Assembly (NCBI GenBank): GCA_028704015.1
Contig: JAQVLT010000006.1
Location: 10,102-74,101, forward strand
Direction of reading: 5' to 3'
DNA length: 64,000 bases
From: Patescibacteria group bacterium
GTDB lineage: Bacteria > Patescibacteriota > Patescibacteriia > Patescibacteriales > JAQVLT01
Shown here one piece after another: positions 56,316-64,000 of the stretch (its first letter is position 1; every line of letters begins with the position of its first letter). A program made the position numbers and the translations under genes. Below the pieces are notes generated by a model, which saw nothing but the letters and a program-made list of their open reading frames with translations, was not told the origin of the DNA and searched no databases.

Positions 56316-58160
56316 TTATTTACTTAATGATATATCAAAAATAAATTCCGATCCCTTGCCTTCCTCGCTTGAAAAAGAAATGCTGCCGCCGTGTTTTATA
56401 ATAATATTTTTAGCGATAAACAACCCCAAGCCAGTACCCTCGGTTTCCATGCGCAAAACCTTATCGCTGCGGAAAAATTTAGAAAACAATTTTTCTTGAT
56501 CTTTCGGCGGAATGCCGATGCCGCTGTCCTTAATACTTACATAAAACCTATCACCCGCCGTCTTAAAAGTCAACTCAATTTTACCGCCAAGCGGCGTATA
56601 TTTAACAGCGTTATCAAGAAGATTCTGCATCACCATGCCGATTTTATCTTTATCAATATACACCCTGGGCAATTCTTGATTTTTTTCTATAATTAATTTT
56701 ATTTTCTTTTTCTTAATTGTCGCCTCCAAATTTTCAACCGCAATTTCCAAAATATCCGCAAATTTATAATTATTAAAATTATAGCCGAAACGGCCTTCTT
56801 CAATACGGGAAACATTCAATAAATCATCAACCAATTTTATCATTCTTTCATTGCTTTTGTAACCTTTTTTCAAAAGATCTATTTGTTCAGCATCAATTTT
56901 CCCTTTATTTTCCTTAATTACCAAATCAATAGACCATTTAATAGCGGCAAGCGGGGTGCGCAATTGATGCGCGGCCACAGTGATAAATTCCGATTTCATT
57001 TTATCAATGGTTTTTTCCCGAGTCAAATCATAAAATATTTTCATAACACCCAGATATTCGTCATCATCGCCTCGCACTTCGGAAGTAATCACCTTATAAT
57101 AGCGCGCTTCATTTTGAATTTTTAAATCCATCTCTTCAATTCCCAAATTATTATTGTTTTCCTCAACTGATTTGGCATAATTAAAATCGGCGCTAATTAT
57201 AGTTTTGAATTTGTCCAAAGAAAAATCATTTCCATCTAATACTTTTTTGCCAATATCAGAAAATTTAACTCCTAAAATTTCTTTACTGGCGTGATTGTAA
57301 ATCGCCAATTTGTTTTCATTGTCCAAAACAATAATCGGATCGGAAAAATTGGAAATAATCGCCAAGGTTTTGTATTTTTCATCTTCGGATTTTTCTTTTT
57401 CTTTTTCCAGCGCTTTGATCGTGCGATTTAATTCTGAATCGCGCTTGACTAGAAGTTTAGCAGTCCTATCCAGTTGTTTTAATTCATGAAGGCGCTTCTC
57501 CGTCTCGGCATTTAGCTTTTGCGTCTGTTCTCCCAGAAGCTCCTCGCGCCGAAAAAGCATATTGATTCCATAGCCGCTAAGAATTGCCACGATAATAAAG
57601 GCCGTGGAAATAGTTATAGATTTGGCCAAACCAACTGATAAAACTAAATAATCAACCGTCGGAACATTAAAGCGCCCGGCGTGGGGAATTATTTTATAAT
57701 ATTCCGCCAGTACCAAACCATTAACTAACAAAGAGGAGAGAATACTAGTGGACAGGGATCCTCTCAGCCCAAAAATAAGGGCGGCGGAAACAATAGAAAA
57801 AAAATAAAAAAAATGTATTATACTCTCCGCGCCGCCGGTATAATGCATAATCAAGGTAAGCGCAATTAATTCTGACCCAACTTGCCACCAGCTTAAAATT
57901 TCCAAATTTATCGCCGATTTATCCTTCTTTATATACTGCAAATACAAGTAAAAAATAAAATTTATTGCAATATAAAATAAATAAAGGATCGCCATTGTGA
58001 CCAGCGGAAAATTGACGCTGGAATAACTAAAAAACTTAGTATACAACCCAAGCACAAGAATAGCTGAGGCATAAAACCACCTGGCCTTGATAATCAAACC
58101 ATTAAATTCTATTTTTCGTTCAATCACTCTAATATTTTCCATAATAAAATTATAACACAA
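56316..58160 (-). CDS. sensor histidine kinase (polytopic N-terminus, PAS-like, HisKA, HATPase_c)
   Basis: H-box AAHQLRTPL, N-box LLDNAVKYT, G-boxes DSGIGI and GTGLGL. The likely start is Met 58142. Confidence 0.9.
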   Translation of the reverse strand: MCYNFIMENIRVIERKIEFNGLIIKARWFYASAILVLGLYTKFFSYSSVNFPLVTMAILYLFYIAINFIFYLYLQYIKKDKSAINLEILSWWQVGSELIALTLIMHYTGGAESIIHFFYFFSIVSAALIFGLRGSLSTSILSSLLVNGLVLAEYYKIIPHAGRFNVPTVDYLVLSVGLAKSITISTAFIIVAILSGYGINMLFRREELLGEQTQKLNAETEKRLHELKQLDRTAKLLVKRDSELNRTIKALEKEKEKSEDEKYKTLAIISNFSDPIIVLDNENKLAIYNHASKEILGVKFSDIGKKVLDGNDFSLDKFKTIISADFNYAKSVEENNNNLGIEEMDLKIQNEARYYKVITSEVRGDDDEYLGVMKIFYDLTREKTIDKMKSEFITVAAHQLRTPLAAIKWSIDLVIKENKGKIDAEQIDLLKKGYKSNERMIKLVDDLLNVSRIEEGRFGYNFNNYKFADILEIAVENLEATIKKKKIKLIIEKNQELPRVYIDKDKIGMVMQNLLDNAVKYTPLGGKIELTFKTAGDRFYVSIKDSGIGIPPKDQEKLFSKFFRSDKVLRMETEGTGLGLFIAKNIIIKHGGSISFSSEEGKGSEFIFDISLSK

Positions 58161-58226
58161 ATTATCATAATATAAAAATCCGCCTCAAATACTCAAGACG
58201 GATTTTTATTTAAATTTTTCTTTAAA

Positions 58227-59654
58227 TTAATTCTCAAAAAATGCTTTATAGCCAAGATAGGCGCAATAGAGATCTGCCTTGGAAGCGATTTCCAGCGGCG
58301 CGTGCATATTAAAAAGCGGCACGCCCATATCAACGATGTCCATATCACGGTTAGCCATAAACATCGCAATCGTTCCGCCACCGCCCAAATCAACCTTCGC
58401 TCCCAAATTACCGCTAACTTGATAAATAATATTTTTATTTTTATTTAAAATGTCTTTTATTTCTCTAACAAATTTAGCTGATGCCTCGGAAGTGTGAACT
58501 TTACCGCCCGCTCCGGTATATTTTTCCATTACTGCGCCAGCACCCAATCGCGGAGCACTGCGTAAATCAAATACATCTTTGTAGTCCGGATCAACTCCGG
58601 CGCAGACATCCGCTGAGATTGCTTTGGCATTTGAAAACGCGGCATAAACATTTTTTATTTTGCCTTCTTCACCGGATAGCTCCAGGAGATTGGCAATAAA
58701 ATTCTCTATAAAAATTGATTGCGCGCCGGTTGCGCCTTCGGAGCCGATTTCCTCGCGATCAATCCAAACGCATATTTTTGTAATCTCATTATTTTTTGAA
58801 TCTGCCAGGGCTTTAATAGCGGCAAATGAACAGATGCTATCGTCATGGCCATAGGCGCAAATTAATGATCGATCAAAACCCAAATCACGCGCTTTTTCAC
58901 AAGGCACGGCCTCAAGTTCGGCGCTCGCGAAATCATCTTCTTTGATGCCATATTTATTAAATAAATATTCAAGTACCGCTAATTTAACTTTTTCTTTGAC
59001 ATTTTTTTCATTCACTGGGATTGAACCAATGAGCAGGTTGAGATCTTCGCCCTGCACTTCCCGTTTTCTTATCTCTCCGCCCGGACCGGTCGGCCGATCA
59101 AGATGAGGAAGCAAATCAGTTATCATAAAAACCGGATCATTTATATCTTCACCAATATTTATTTCCATTTCTTTTCCGCCGGCAAGATAAACCACGCCAT
59201 GCAAAGCCAAGGCGATCGTCGGCCATTGGTATTTCTTGATACCACCGTAGTAATGAGTTTTAAAAAATGCTAAATTTTCTTCTTCATAAAGCGGAGTCAC
59301 TTTTAAATCCAGATGCGGCGAATCAATATGCGACATAATAAATCTAAAACCGTTGCTTATTTTTTCTTTGCCAATGGTGGCTAAAATCAAACTGCGATTA
59401 CGATGAGCGTAATACACCTTGTCGCCGAATTTTAAATTTTTTACTTCGGCAATATTCTTGAAACCATTTTGCTTAGCAATCAAAATTCCGGCGCGCGTCG
59501 CCTCTCTCTCGGTCTTTGCTTGATTTAAAAATTCCTTATACCCCTCGGCAAAAGAAAAAGCTTCTTTCTTTGTTTTATCATCCCAAACCTCCCAAATATT
59601 TTTTTTCTTCAAGGTTAATTGTTCCTCCAATTTTTTGTAATTTTTTTTAGCCAT
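58227..59654 (-). CDS. M18 family aminopeptidase
   Basis: 475 aa with SHIDSPHLDLK and the typical M18 length and pattern. Confidence 0.8.
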   Translation of the reverse strand: MAKKNYKKLEEQLTLKKKNIWEVWDDKTKKEAFSFAEGYKEFLNQAKTEREATRAGILIAKQNGFKNIAEVKNLKFGDKVYYAHRNRSLILATIGKEKISNGFRFIMSHIDSPHLDLKVTPLYEEENLAFFKTHYYGGIKKYQWPTIALALHGVVYLAGGKEMEINIGEDINDPVFMITDLLPHLDRPTGPGGEIRKREVQGEDLNLLIGSIPVNEKNVKEKVKLAVLEYLFNKYGIKEDDFASAELEAVPCEKARDLGFDRSLICAYGHDDSICSFAAIKALADSKNNEITKICVWIDREEIGSEGATGAQSIFIENFIANLLELSGEEGKIKNVYAAFSNAKAISADVCAGVDPDYKDVFDLRSAPRLGAGAVMEKYTGAGGKVHTSEASAKFVREIKDILNKNKNIIYQVSGNLGAKVDLGGGGTIAMFMANRDMDIVDMGVPLFNMHAPLEIASKADLYCAYLGYKAFFEN

Positions 59655-59680
59655 ATTTATTATTTTTAATTCGTAATTAT

Positions 59681-60274
59681 AACGTATCCAAATATCTGAA
59701 GTTTGTTGGAGTGAAACGAAAGCAAATTTGGGTTGAAAAAGTTTTTCACTCCTTAATTTAAAAATCTAATAAGGCAAAACTTTTGAGCCAGCTATTTGGT
59801 GTTGTACGATGTATCGTTCACCCGTTTAACCAGCTCGTATCTTTTAATATCTCATTCATTTGTTCGGACAAGTCGGCGAAGTCTTCATAATAAACAACTT
59901 TTTTAGTACAAGGTATGCCAGCGATCATCATCGACGGCTCAACTCCTTTTTTGCAAAGCGCTATACATGGGATATTGTTTTCCTGCGCCATTTGAAATTC
60001 CATGCCAACGCCCATTGAAGGACTCGAGACCTCGCCGATAAAAAGCTGGCATTTAGTAATAACTTGGTAGGTACGGTCATAAAATTCACGCGGAGTTTCC
60101 TTGCTATCCCAAAAATCGGGGTAAGTACCAATGACTTTATCAAAATACGGCTCACAAAGTTTCATGAGCTGTTTATAGACGGGCAAATAATCTTGCCCGA
60201 ACAAATGAATTGGTCCAAATACGTAGGCAATTTTCATAATTTACGGATTAAGGGTGAATGATATTTCGTACAAC
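59681..60274 (-). mobile_element. orphan integron-type cassette (NDT-like gene plus its own attC-like site) inserted between core genes
   Basis: Minus strand reads G|TTGTACGAA...CDS...TCGTACAAC-AC-CAAATAGCTGG...CTTCAGATATTTGG-ATAC-GTT. Homology to array cassette C8 begins exactly at GTT. Confidence 0.7.
59818..60237 (-). CDS. nucleoside 2-deoxyribosyltransferase-like protein (inverted duplicate of 49350-49769)
   Basis: 139 aa, differing from 49350-49769 at 2 residues. The 3' half of the gene is identical at the DNA level by eye. Confidence 0.6.
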   Translation of the reverse strand: MKIAYVFGPIHLFGQDYLPVYKQLMKLCEPYFDKVIGTYPDFWDSKETPREFYDRTYQVITKCQLFIGEVSSPSMGVGMEFQMAQENNIPCIALCKKGVEPSMMIAGIPCTKKVVYYEDFADLSEQMNEILKDTSWLNG

Positions 60275-60285
60275 TCTGAATTATT

Positions 60286-61170
60286 TTACCAACTCCCGCT
60301 AGATCCTCCGCCCCCCGAACCGCCACCGCCAAAACCACCAAACCCTCCACCGCCAAAACCACTGCCGCCTCGCCCACCGCCAATCCACCATGGGATAGGT
60401 CCGCCAGCTTTGTGCTTAGCATAACTCCTAGATACCACAAAATCAAACAACAAGCCAAGCGGTATTAAAATGACGATGGAAGCAATGCCGAAATATAAAA
60501 AACCTTTAATAACACCAATAATTACACCGATTATCCCACCTATAACACCACCGGCCCACCAAGACTTGCTTCTACCTAATATACTAGCTAACCACAAAAT
60601 AACAAATATTACAACCCAAAATATAAATTCCCAATTACTGTTACTCAAACCACTTGCTAGTTTTTCTTCTGGCACATATTCGCCCTTAGTCGCGGCAATA
60701 ATTTTATCAACGGCGCCGTCAATCCCGCCGTAATAATTATTTTCGCGAAATGCCGGCTTCATTATGTCATTAATAATCCAATAGCTCTGCGCGTCAGTTA
60801 AAGCGCCTTCCAGGCCATAGCCGACTTCAATGCGCATCTGCCGATCATTAATAGCGACCAAAAGCAAAACGCCATTATCTTTATTTTTCTTGCCAATTCC
60901 CCAATCCTTAAATAATTCCACGGCAAAATTTTCAATAGTGTCGCCGTCCAGGCTCGCAATTGTCACAATAGAAATTTCATTACTGGTATCTTTCTCAAAT
61001 TGTACTAATTTATTTTCCAGCGCCTGTTTTTGGTCAGCCGCCAACACTCCGGCAAAATCATTAGCATAACCAGTCGGCTGGCCAGGATTGGTATAAGCAA
61101 AAACGGGAAAAACAAGAAAACAAGAAAACAAGAAAACAAGAAAACAATTTTTTAGTAAACTTTTTTTCAT
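60286..61170 (-). CDS. TPM-domain protein with Gly-rich C-terminus
   Basis: 294 aa with signal peptide, NDFAGVL...QFEKDTSNEISIVTI (TPM), C-terminal TMs, and a GGGSGFGGGGFGG tail. AACAAGAA x4 lies in the signal-peptide codons. Confidence 0.8.
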   Translation of the reverse strand: MKKSLLKNCFLVFLFSCFLVFPVFAYTNPGQPTGYANDFAGVLAADQKQALENKLVQFEKDTSNEISIVTIASLDGDTIENFAVELFKDWGIGKKNKDNGVLLLVAINDRQMRIEVGYGLEGALTDAQSYWIINDIMKPAFRENNYYGGIDGAVDKIIAATKGEYVPEEKLASGLSNSNWEFIFWVVIFVILWLASILGRSKSWWAGGVIGGIIGVIIGVIKGFLYFGIASIVILIPLGLLFDFVVSRSYAKHKAGGPIPWWIGGGRGGSGFGGGGFGGFGGGGSGGGGSSGSW

Positions 61171-61192
61171 TCTTAAATCTTAATTCCTAATT

Positions 61193-61235
61193 CCCTGCCT
61201 GCCGCCTGCCTGTCCGGTAGGCAGGGCAGGCAGGT
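61193..61235. repeat. GC-rich palindrome family member (double-length)
   Basis: CCCTGCCTGCCGCCTGCCTGTCCGGTAGGCAGGGCAGGCAGGT. Confidence 0.85.
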
Positions 61236-61240
61236 TAAAT

Positions 61241-61810
61241 CTAAAATTTCACCGCTGGTGCATTTTCCGCTCCGGCAGCCGCTTCAAAATATGCTTTTTC
61301 ATTAAAGCCAAACCAACCAGCAAGAATATTCGCCGGCACGCGTTTGATCATAGTATTGAATGCCTGAACTTGATCATTAAATCTTTTTCTTTCTACACTG
61401 ACTCTGTTTTCCGTGCCTTCCAATTGCGCCATTAAAGTCTGGACAGTATCAACCGATTTTAATTGCGGATAATTTTCCATAACCACTAGCAATCTTGACA
61501 ATGCGCCCTCAACTTCTGTCGCCGCTTCTGCTTTTTCATTTACAGTCGCAGCGCCGGCATAACGAGTACGCGCTTCGGCTAAATCTCCAAAAACTTTAGT
61601 TTCCTGCGCCATTGCGCCCTTTACTGATTCTACTAAATTTGGAATTAAATCAAAACGCCTTTGATATTGCGTTTCTACCTGCGCCCATTGACCGGTAACT
61701 GCCTGATCAGCGGCAACCATTTTGTTATAAACGCTCCAAGCGTAGATGCCCACGACAACAACGAGGGCAAAAATGATAATAAGAGCTTTTTTCATAAAAC
61801 TTTTTCGCAT
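61241..61810 (-). CDS. lemA: LemA family protein
   Basis: 189 aa with N-terminal TM and the QYQRRFDLIPNLV and ENRVSVERKRFN motifs. Confidence 0.9.
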   Translation of the reverse strand: MRKSFMKKALIIIFALVVVVGIYAWSVYNKMVAADQAVTGQWAQVETQYQRRFDLIPNLVESVKGAMAQETKVFGDLAEARTRYAGAATVNEKAEAATEVEGALSRLLVVMENYPQLKSVDTVQTLMAQLEGTENRVSVERKRFNDQVQAFNTMIKRVPANILAGWFGFNEKAYFEAAAGAENAPAVKF

Positions 61811-61876
61811 AACGCGTAACGTAAAACGTATAACGCATTATGAAAATTTTTAATTTTGTAATTTTTAAATAATATC

Positions 61877-62227
61877 TTAATTTTTATTAACAACTTTGAC
61901 ATTATTCAAATCAAAAACTTCTTTGATTATAACTAAAATAGCATTTTTTGGCGGATATGTCATATCGCTATGAAAACATAAATCAAAATATTTTCCCTCG
62001 GAAAAAATTTCCGCCTCTCCTTTGATCCTAAAATAACCACCTATAATACAAATATTTTTATTACTTTGCAAATTCTTAAGCGTGGTGTTCATCTGAGAAT
62101 CTTTTATTAACAATTTGCCATCAACAAAACCTAATGAAGTAACTATATTCGCGTTTGGTATTCCGTCAGGCGAAACAGTTGCCAGAATAATTTCCTTTTC
62201 TTTTTGAAAATTTTCTTGCCAACCCAT
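61877..62227 (-). CDS. pyridoxamine 5'-phosphate oxidase-like FMN-binding split-barrel protein
   Basis: 116 aa with LATVSPDGIPNANIV, typical of the PNPOx-like fold. Confidence 0.5.
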   Translation of the reverse strand: MGWQENFQKEKEIILATVSPDGIPNANIVTSLGFVDGKLLIKDSQMNTTLKNLQSNKNICIIGGYFRIKGEAEIFSEGKYFDLCFHSDMTYPPKNAILVIIKEVFDLNNVKVVNKN

Positions 62228-62238
62228 ATTTATAATTT

Positions 62239-63387
62239 TTAATTGATAACCTGCCTGCCGGTAGGCAAGGTTTTTAGTTGAAAATTAACTTCCCTACCTC
62301 TCGCTTTCGGCGCATGATAACCAGCGAGGAGACAAGCGGACTTTAAAATTTCTTCTTCGCTTTTATTCTCACTTAATTTTAAATTTTCTATATTTAGCTC
62401 CTTCGGAATTTGTAATTTAAAATTTGATAATTCATTTAAAACCTGCCTGCCCTGCCTGCCGGACAGGCAGGCGGTAGGCAAGGTTGAAAATTGAAAATTG
62501 AAAATTCTAACAACAGTCAGCGGTCCTACTTCGTTCTTTAATTCTACCACAATATCTCCCTTTTTTGCCAATTTTTCTAATGCTTCATTATCTCTTTTAT
62601 CTCTACCCACTATAATTAATATATATTTTTTATCCATCTTTGCCCAAAAAGGCCGTCCATATTTAAGCAACTCTACATCTTTAGGCCCACACTCCGGCCA
62701 ATTCTTTATCATCTCTCGTAATTTATCACAAAATTGCGCTTCAGTTAGCAAACATCCGCCAGCAGGAGCAGGATATTTTTTGATGCCAAATTTTTTTGCG
62801 AGTTTCATCTGCCTTTCCCGGCCGCGGCCTTCAATGTCCAATAATTTTTTTCTGTTTATCAAGCCTATTTTTTCATAAATTGTCTCTGGCAATAATTTCG
62901 CGGAAAGTGGACGCAAAACTTCCACCCCGGCTAATTTTTCCACTCGTCCAAGCGACTGTTTATTTTGCGACATCGGACGCTGGCCCAAAACTTCACCCGT
63001 AGCAATAACCTCTCCCGCCCCCTCTCTCCTGCCTCTCCCCGACTCGCTATCGCTCGTCACCCCTCTCCTAATTAGGAGAGGGGTCGGGGGAGAGGTGAGG
63101 ACGGACGCTTTTTTTATCATGAACGCATGGCAATCAATACAAGGATTTAGACATTTGCCATGTCCACACTTGGGATTTTTTACTATTTCCAAAAGTTCTT
63201 TACTAATATTAATAACTTCCAATGGAACTTTAAGTTCTTCAACCGCTTCACGCGCTTTATTGGCGTTAAAAAAATTACTCTCAAAAGCAACCGCGGTCAC
63301 ATCAATTCCTTGCGCTTGTAAAATTTTTACCGCGAGCATTGAGTCCAATCCGCCGGATAATAAAACTAGAGCTTTAATCTTTTTCAT
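62239..63387 (-). CDS. PP-loop ATP pyrophosphatase (ThiI/MnmA-like tRNA thiolation-type) carrying three in-frame repeat inserts
   Basis: N-terminal SGGLDS PP-loop and CIDCH Cys pair. Inserts lie at 62248-62272, 62441-62485 and 63009-63100. Confidence 0.6.
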   Translation of the reverse strand: MKKIKALVLLSGGLDSMLAVKILQAQGIDVTAVAFESNFFNANKAREAVEELKVPLEVINISKELLEIVKNPKCGHGKCLNPCIDCHAFMIKKASVLTSPPTPLLIRRGVTSDSESGRGRREGAGEVIATGEVLGQRPMSQNKQSLGRVEKLAGVEVLRPLSAKLLPETIYEKIGLINRKKLLDIEGRGRERQMKLAKKFGIKKYPAPAGGCLLTEAQFCDKLREMIKNWPECGPKDVELLKYGRPFWAKMDKKYILIIVGRDKRDNEALEKLAKKGDIVVELKNEVGPLTVVRIFNFQFSTLPTACLSGRQGRQVLNELSNFKLQIPKELNIENLKLSENKSEEEILKSACLLAGYHAPKARGREVNFQLKTLPTGRQVIN

Positions 63388-63454
63388 ATTTAAACTTTTG
63401 ACAAGCGTGGTGGGGGCTAAGACTGCTAGCCCCCGATTTATTTATCCTCTCCTC

Positions 63455-63670
63455 TTAATAATAGAGGTATACAACCTCCGCGGCATACCATGGAACAAAC
63501 AACATACTCATGGTAATTTTAAAAGATTTTTTGACCTTACAATGATCGGGGTTAACAAGATACCCCCGCGTTTCCCCCATCGAACCAGCGACGGCATAGA
63601 GTATCGGGTAGCCCGCCACTCCCTTGAGTTGGATCAGAAATAAACTCACGTTCCCCTCCTTTCTCTTCAT
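63455..63670 (-). CDS. possible small protein (65-71 aa) in a GC-rich intergenic block
   Basis: AAGGAGG lies 6 nt before GTG at 63649, and the ORF runs to TAA at 63455. There is no recognisable family, so the region could instead be structured RNA. Confidence 0.3.
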   Translation of the reverse strand: MKRKEGNVSLFLIQLKGVAGYPILYAVAGSMGETRGYLVNPDHCKVKKSFKITMSMLFVPWYAAEVVYLYY

Positions 63671-63696
63671 CTGAAGAAATTTGAAGGAACAATATC

Positions 63697-64000
63697 TTAA
63701 ACTCGCTTAATCCCCAAAATACATTTCTCGCCATTCACATTAACTTCTTTCTTATTCTCTCCGCCCTCGCCTTGAGTTAAACTAACCGATAGAGTATCTT
63801 TTAATATTTCATCTTTAAATAATTCAAATGCCTCTTTCACGCCCGCGCCATCACTCTGCCAATAGATTTCCACGCGATCTTGAATTGATAATCCAGCATC
63901 TTTGCGCAAAGCATTGACAAAGCGAACAATTTCGCGCTTCACGCCTTCCAATTTTAATTCTTCGGAAATCTCCGTGTTCAGTTCAACCGCAATCTCTCCG
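63697..64000 (-). CDS. class I aminoacyl-tRNA synthetase C-terminus (IleS-like), partial (continues right of window)
   Basis: The frame is open to the window edge (..GEIAVELNTEISEELKLEGVKREIVRFVNALRKDAGLSIQDRVEIYW..), resembling IleRS C-terminal domains. Confidence 0.5.
   Translation of the reverse strand, partial: GEIAVELNTEISEELKLEGVKREIVRFVNALRKDAGLSIQDRVEIYWQSDGAGVKEAFELFKDEILKDTLSVSLTQGEGGENKKEVNVNGEKCILGIKRV

Noticed and set aside
63388-63696. tmRNA, tRNA, RNase P or SRP RNA in the GC-rich spacer (GGTTCGATG and ...GCCCCCACCA look tRNA-like).
   Set aside because: The ACCA-terminated helix is a simple hairpin, not an acceptor stem paired to a distant 5' end. There are no D/T-arm geometry, no GGTTTCGAC tmRNA box, no RNase P CR-I/CR-V, and no SRP domain IV motifs. 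It is kept only as an unexplained region.
1-64000. An alternative genetic code (UGA recoding, as in some CPR lineages).
   Set aside because: Long conserved genes (rpoB, rpoC, mreB, lexA) are intact under code 11, and TGA functions as a stop at sensible gene ends (e.g. 33333-33335). There is no sign of in-frame TGA within conserved domains.

Overview
This is an AT-rich, gene-dense bacterial window read with the standard genetic code (TGA is used as a stop). The gene content looks like a Patescibacteria/CPR-type genome: DUF4012, FemAB plus a Mur ligase, SemiSWEET, many NUDIX/HIT/ASCH genes, and small receiver proteins. That lineage call is an inference.

Core genes lie almost entirely on the minus strand:
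- mreB, a MacAB-type efflux operon, and lexA
- rfbB and an rfbC-like gene
- rpoB-rpoC
- a Mur ligase and a FemAB-family gene
- ruvA, a U32 peptidase, a two-component pair, an M18 aminopeptidase
- LemA and a TPM-domain protein
- the C-terminus of an IleS-like gene at the right edge

The outstanding feature is a roughly 20 kb strand-switched block (about 31.1-52.3 kb) that reads as an integron-like platform.
- A 272-aa tyrosine recombinase (31079-31897, minus) diverges from an all-plus-strand series of about 11 gene cassettes.
- Each cassette ends in an imperfect-palindrome attC-like site with the frame RYYYAAC-AC-L''...L'-GAAAC-G|TTRRRY.
- The 6-9 nt after each GTT is the reverse complement of that cassette's own downstream R'' box, which is the scar expected from G|TT crossover.
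- Cargo is defence-heavy. It includes a DpnI-like methyl-dependent nuclease fused behind a truncated DpnA-like methylase, a Bro-N protein, and a Shedu-like (DUF4263) nuclease.
- It also includes an EcoRI-methylase-family MTase with DUF2130 and DUF262-HNH, and an IetAS-like AAA ATPase with an S8 protease.

Seven nearly identical copies of a 177-197 bp GC-rich, ORF-less element sit exactly at G|TT crossover points, one of them at the presumed attI junction. Each copy itself has the architecture of a minimal 'empty' cassette.

One cassette (nucleoside 2-deoxyribosyltransferase-like) is duplicated in inverted orientation about 10 kb away between core genes, and the homology starts exactly at G|TT.

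Other notable items:
- an IS200/IS605-type Y1 transposase flanked by about 90 bp triple-hairpin direct repeats, lying between lexA and a promoter that carries a GAAC-N7-GAAC box
- GC-rich palindromes and GTTAYGY heptad arrays that also occur in frame inside CDSs
- an octamer tandem repeat of about 17 copies

All alignments were done by eye. Family calls rest on remembered motifs, not searches.
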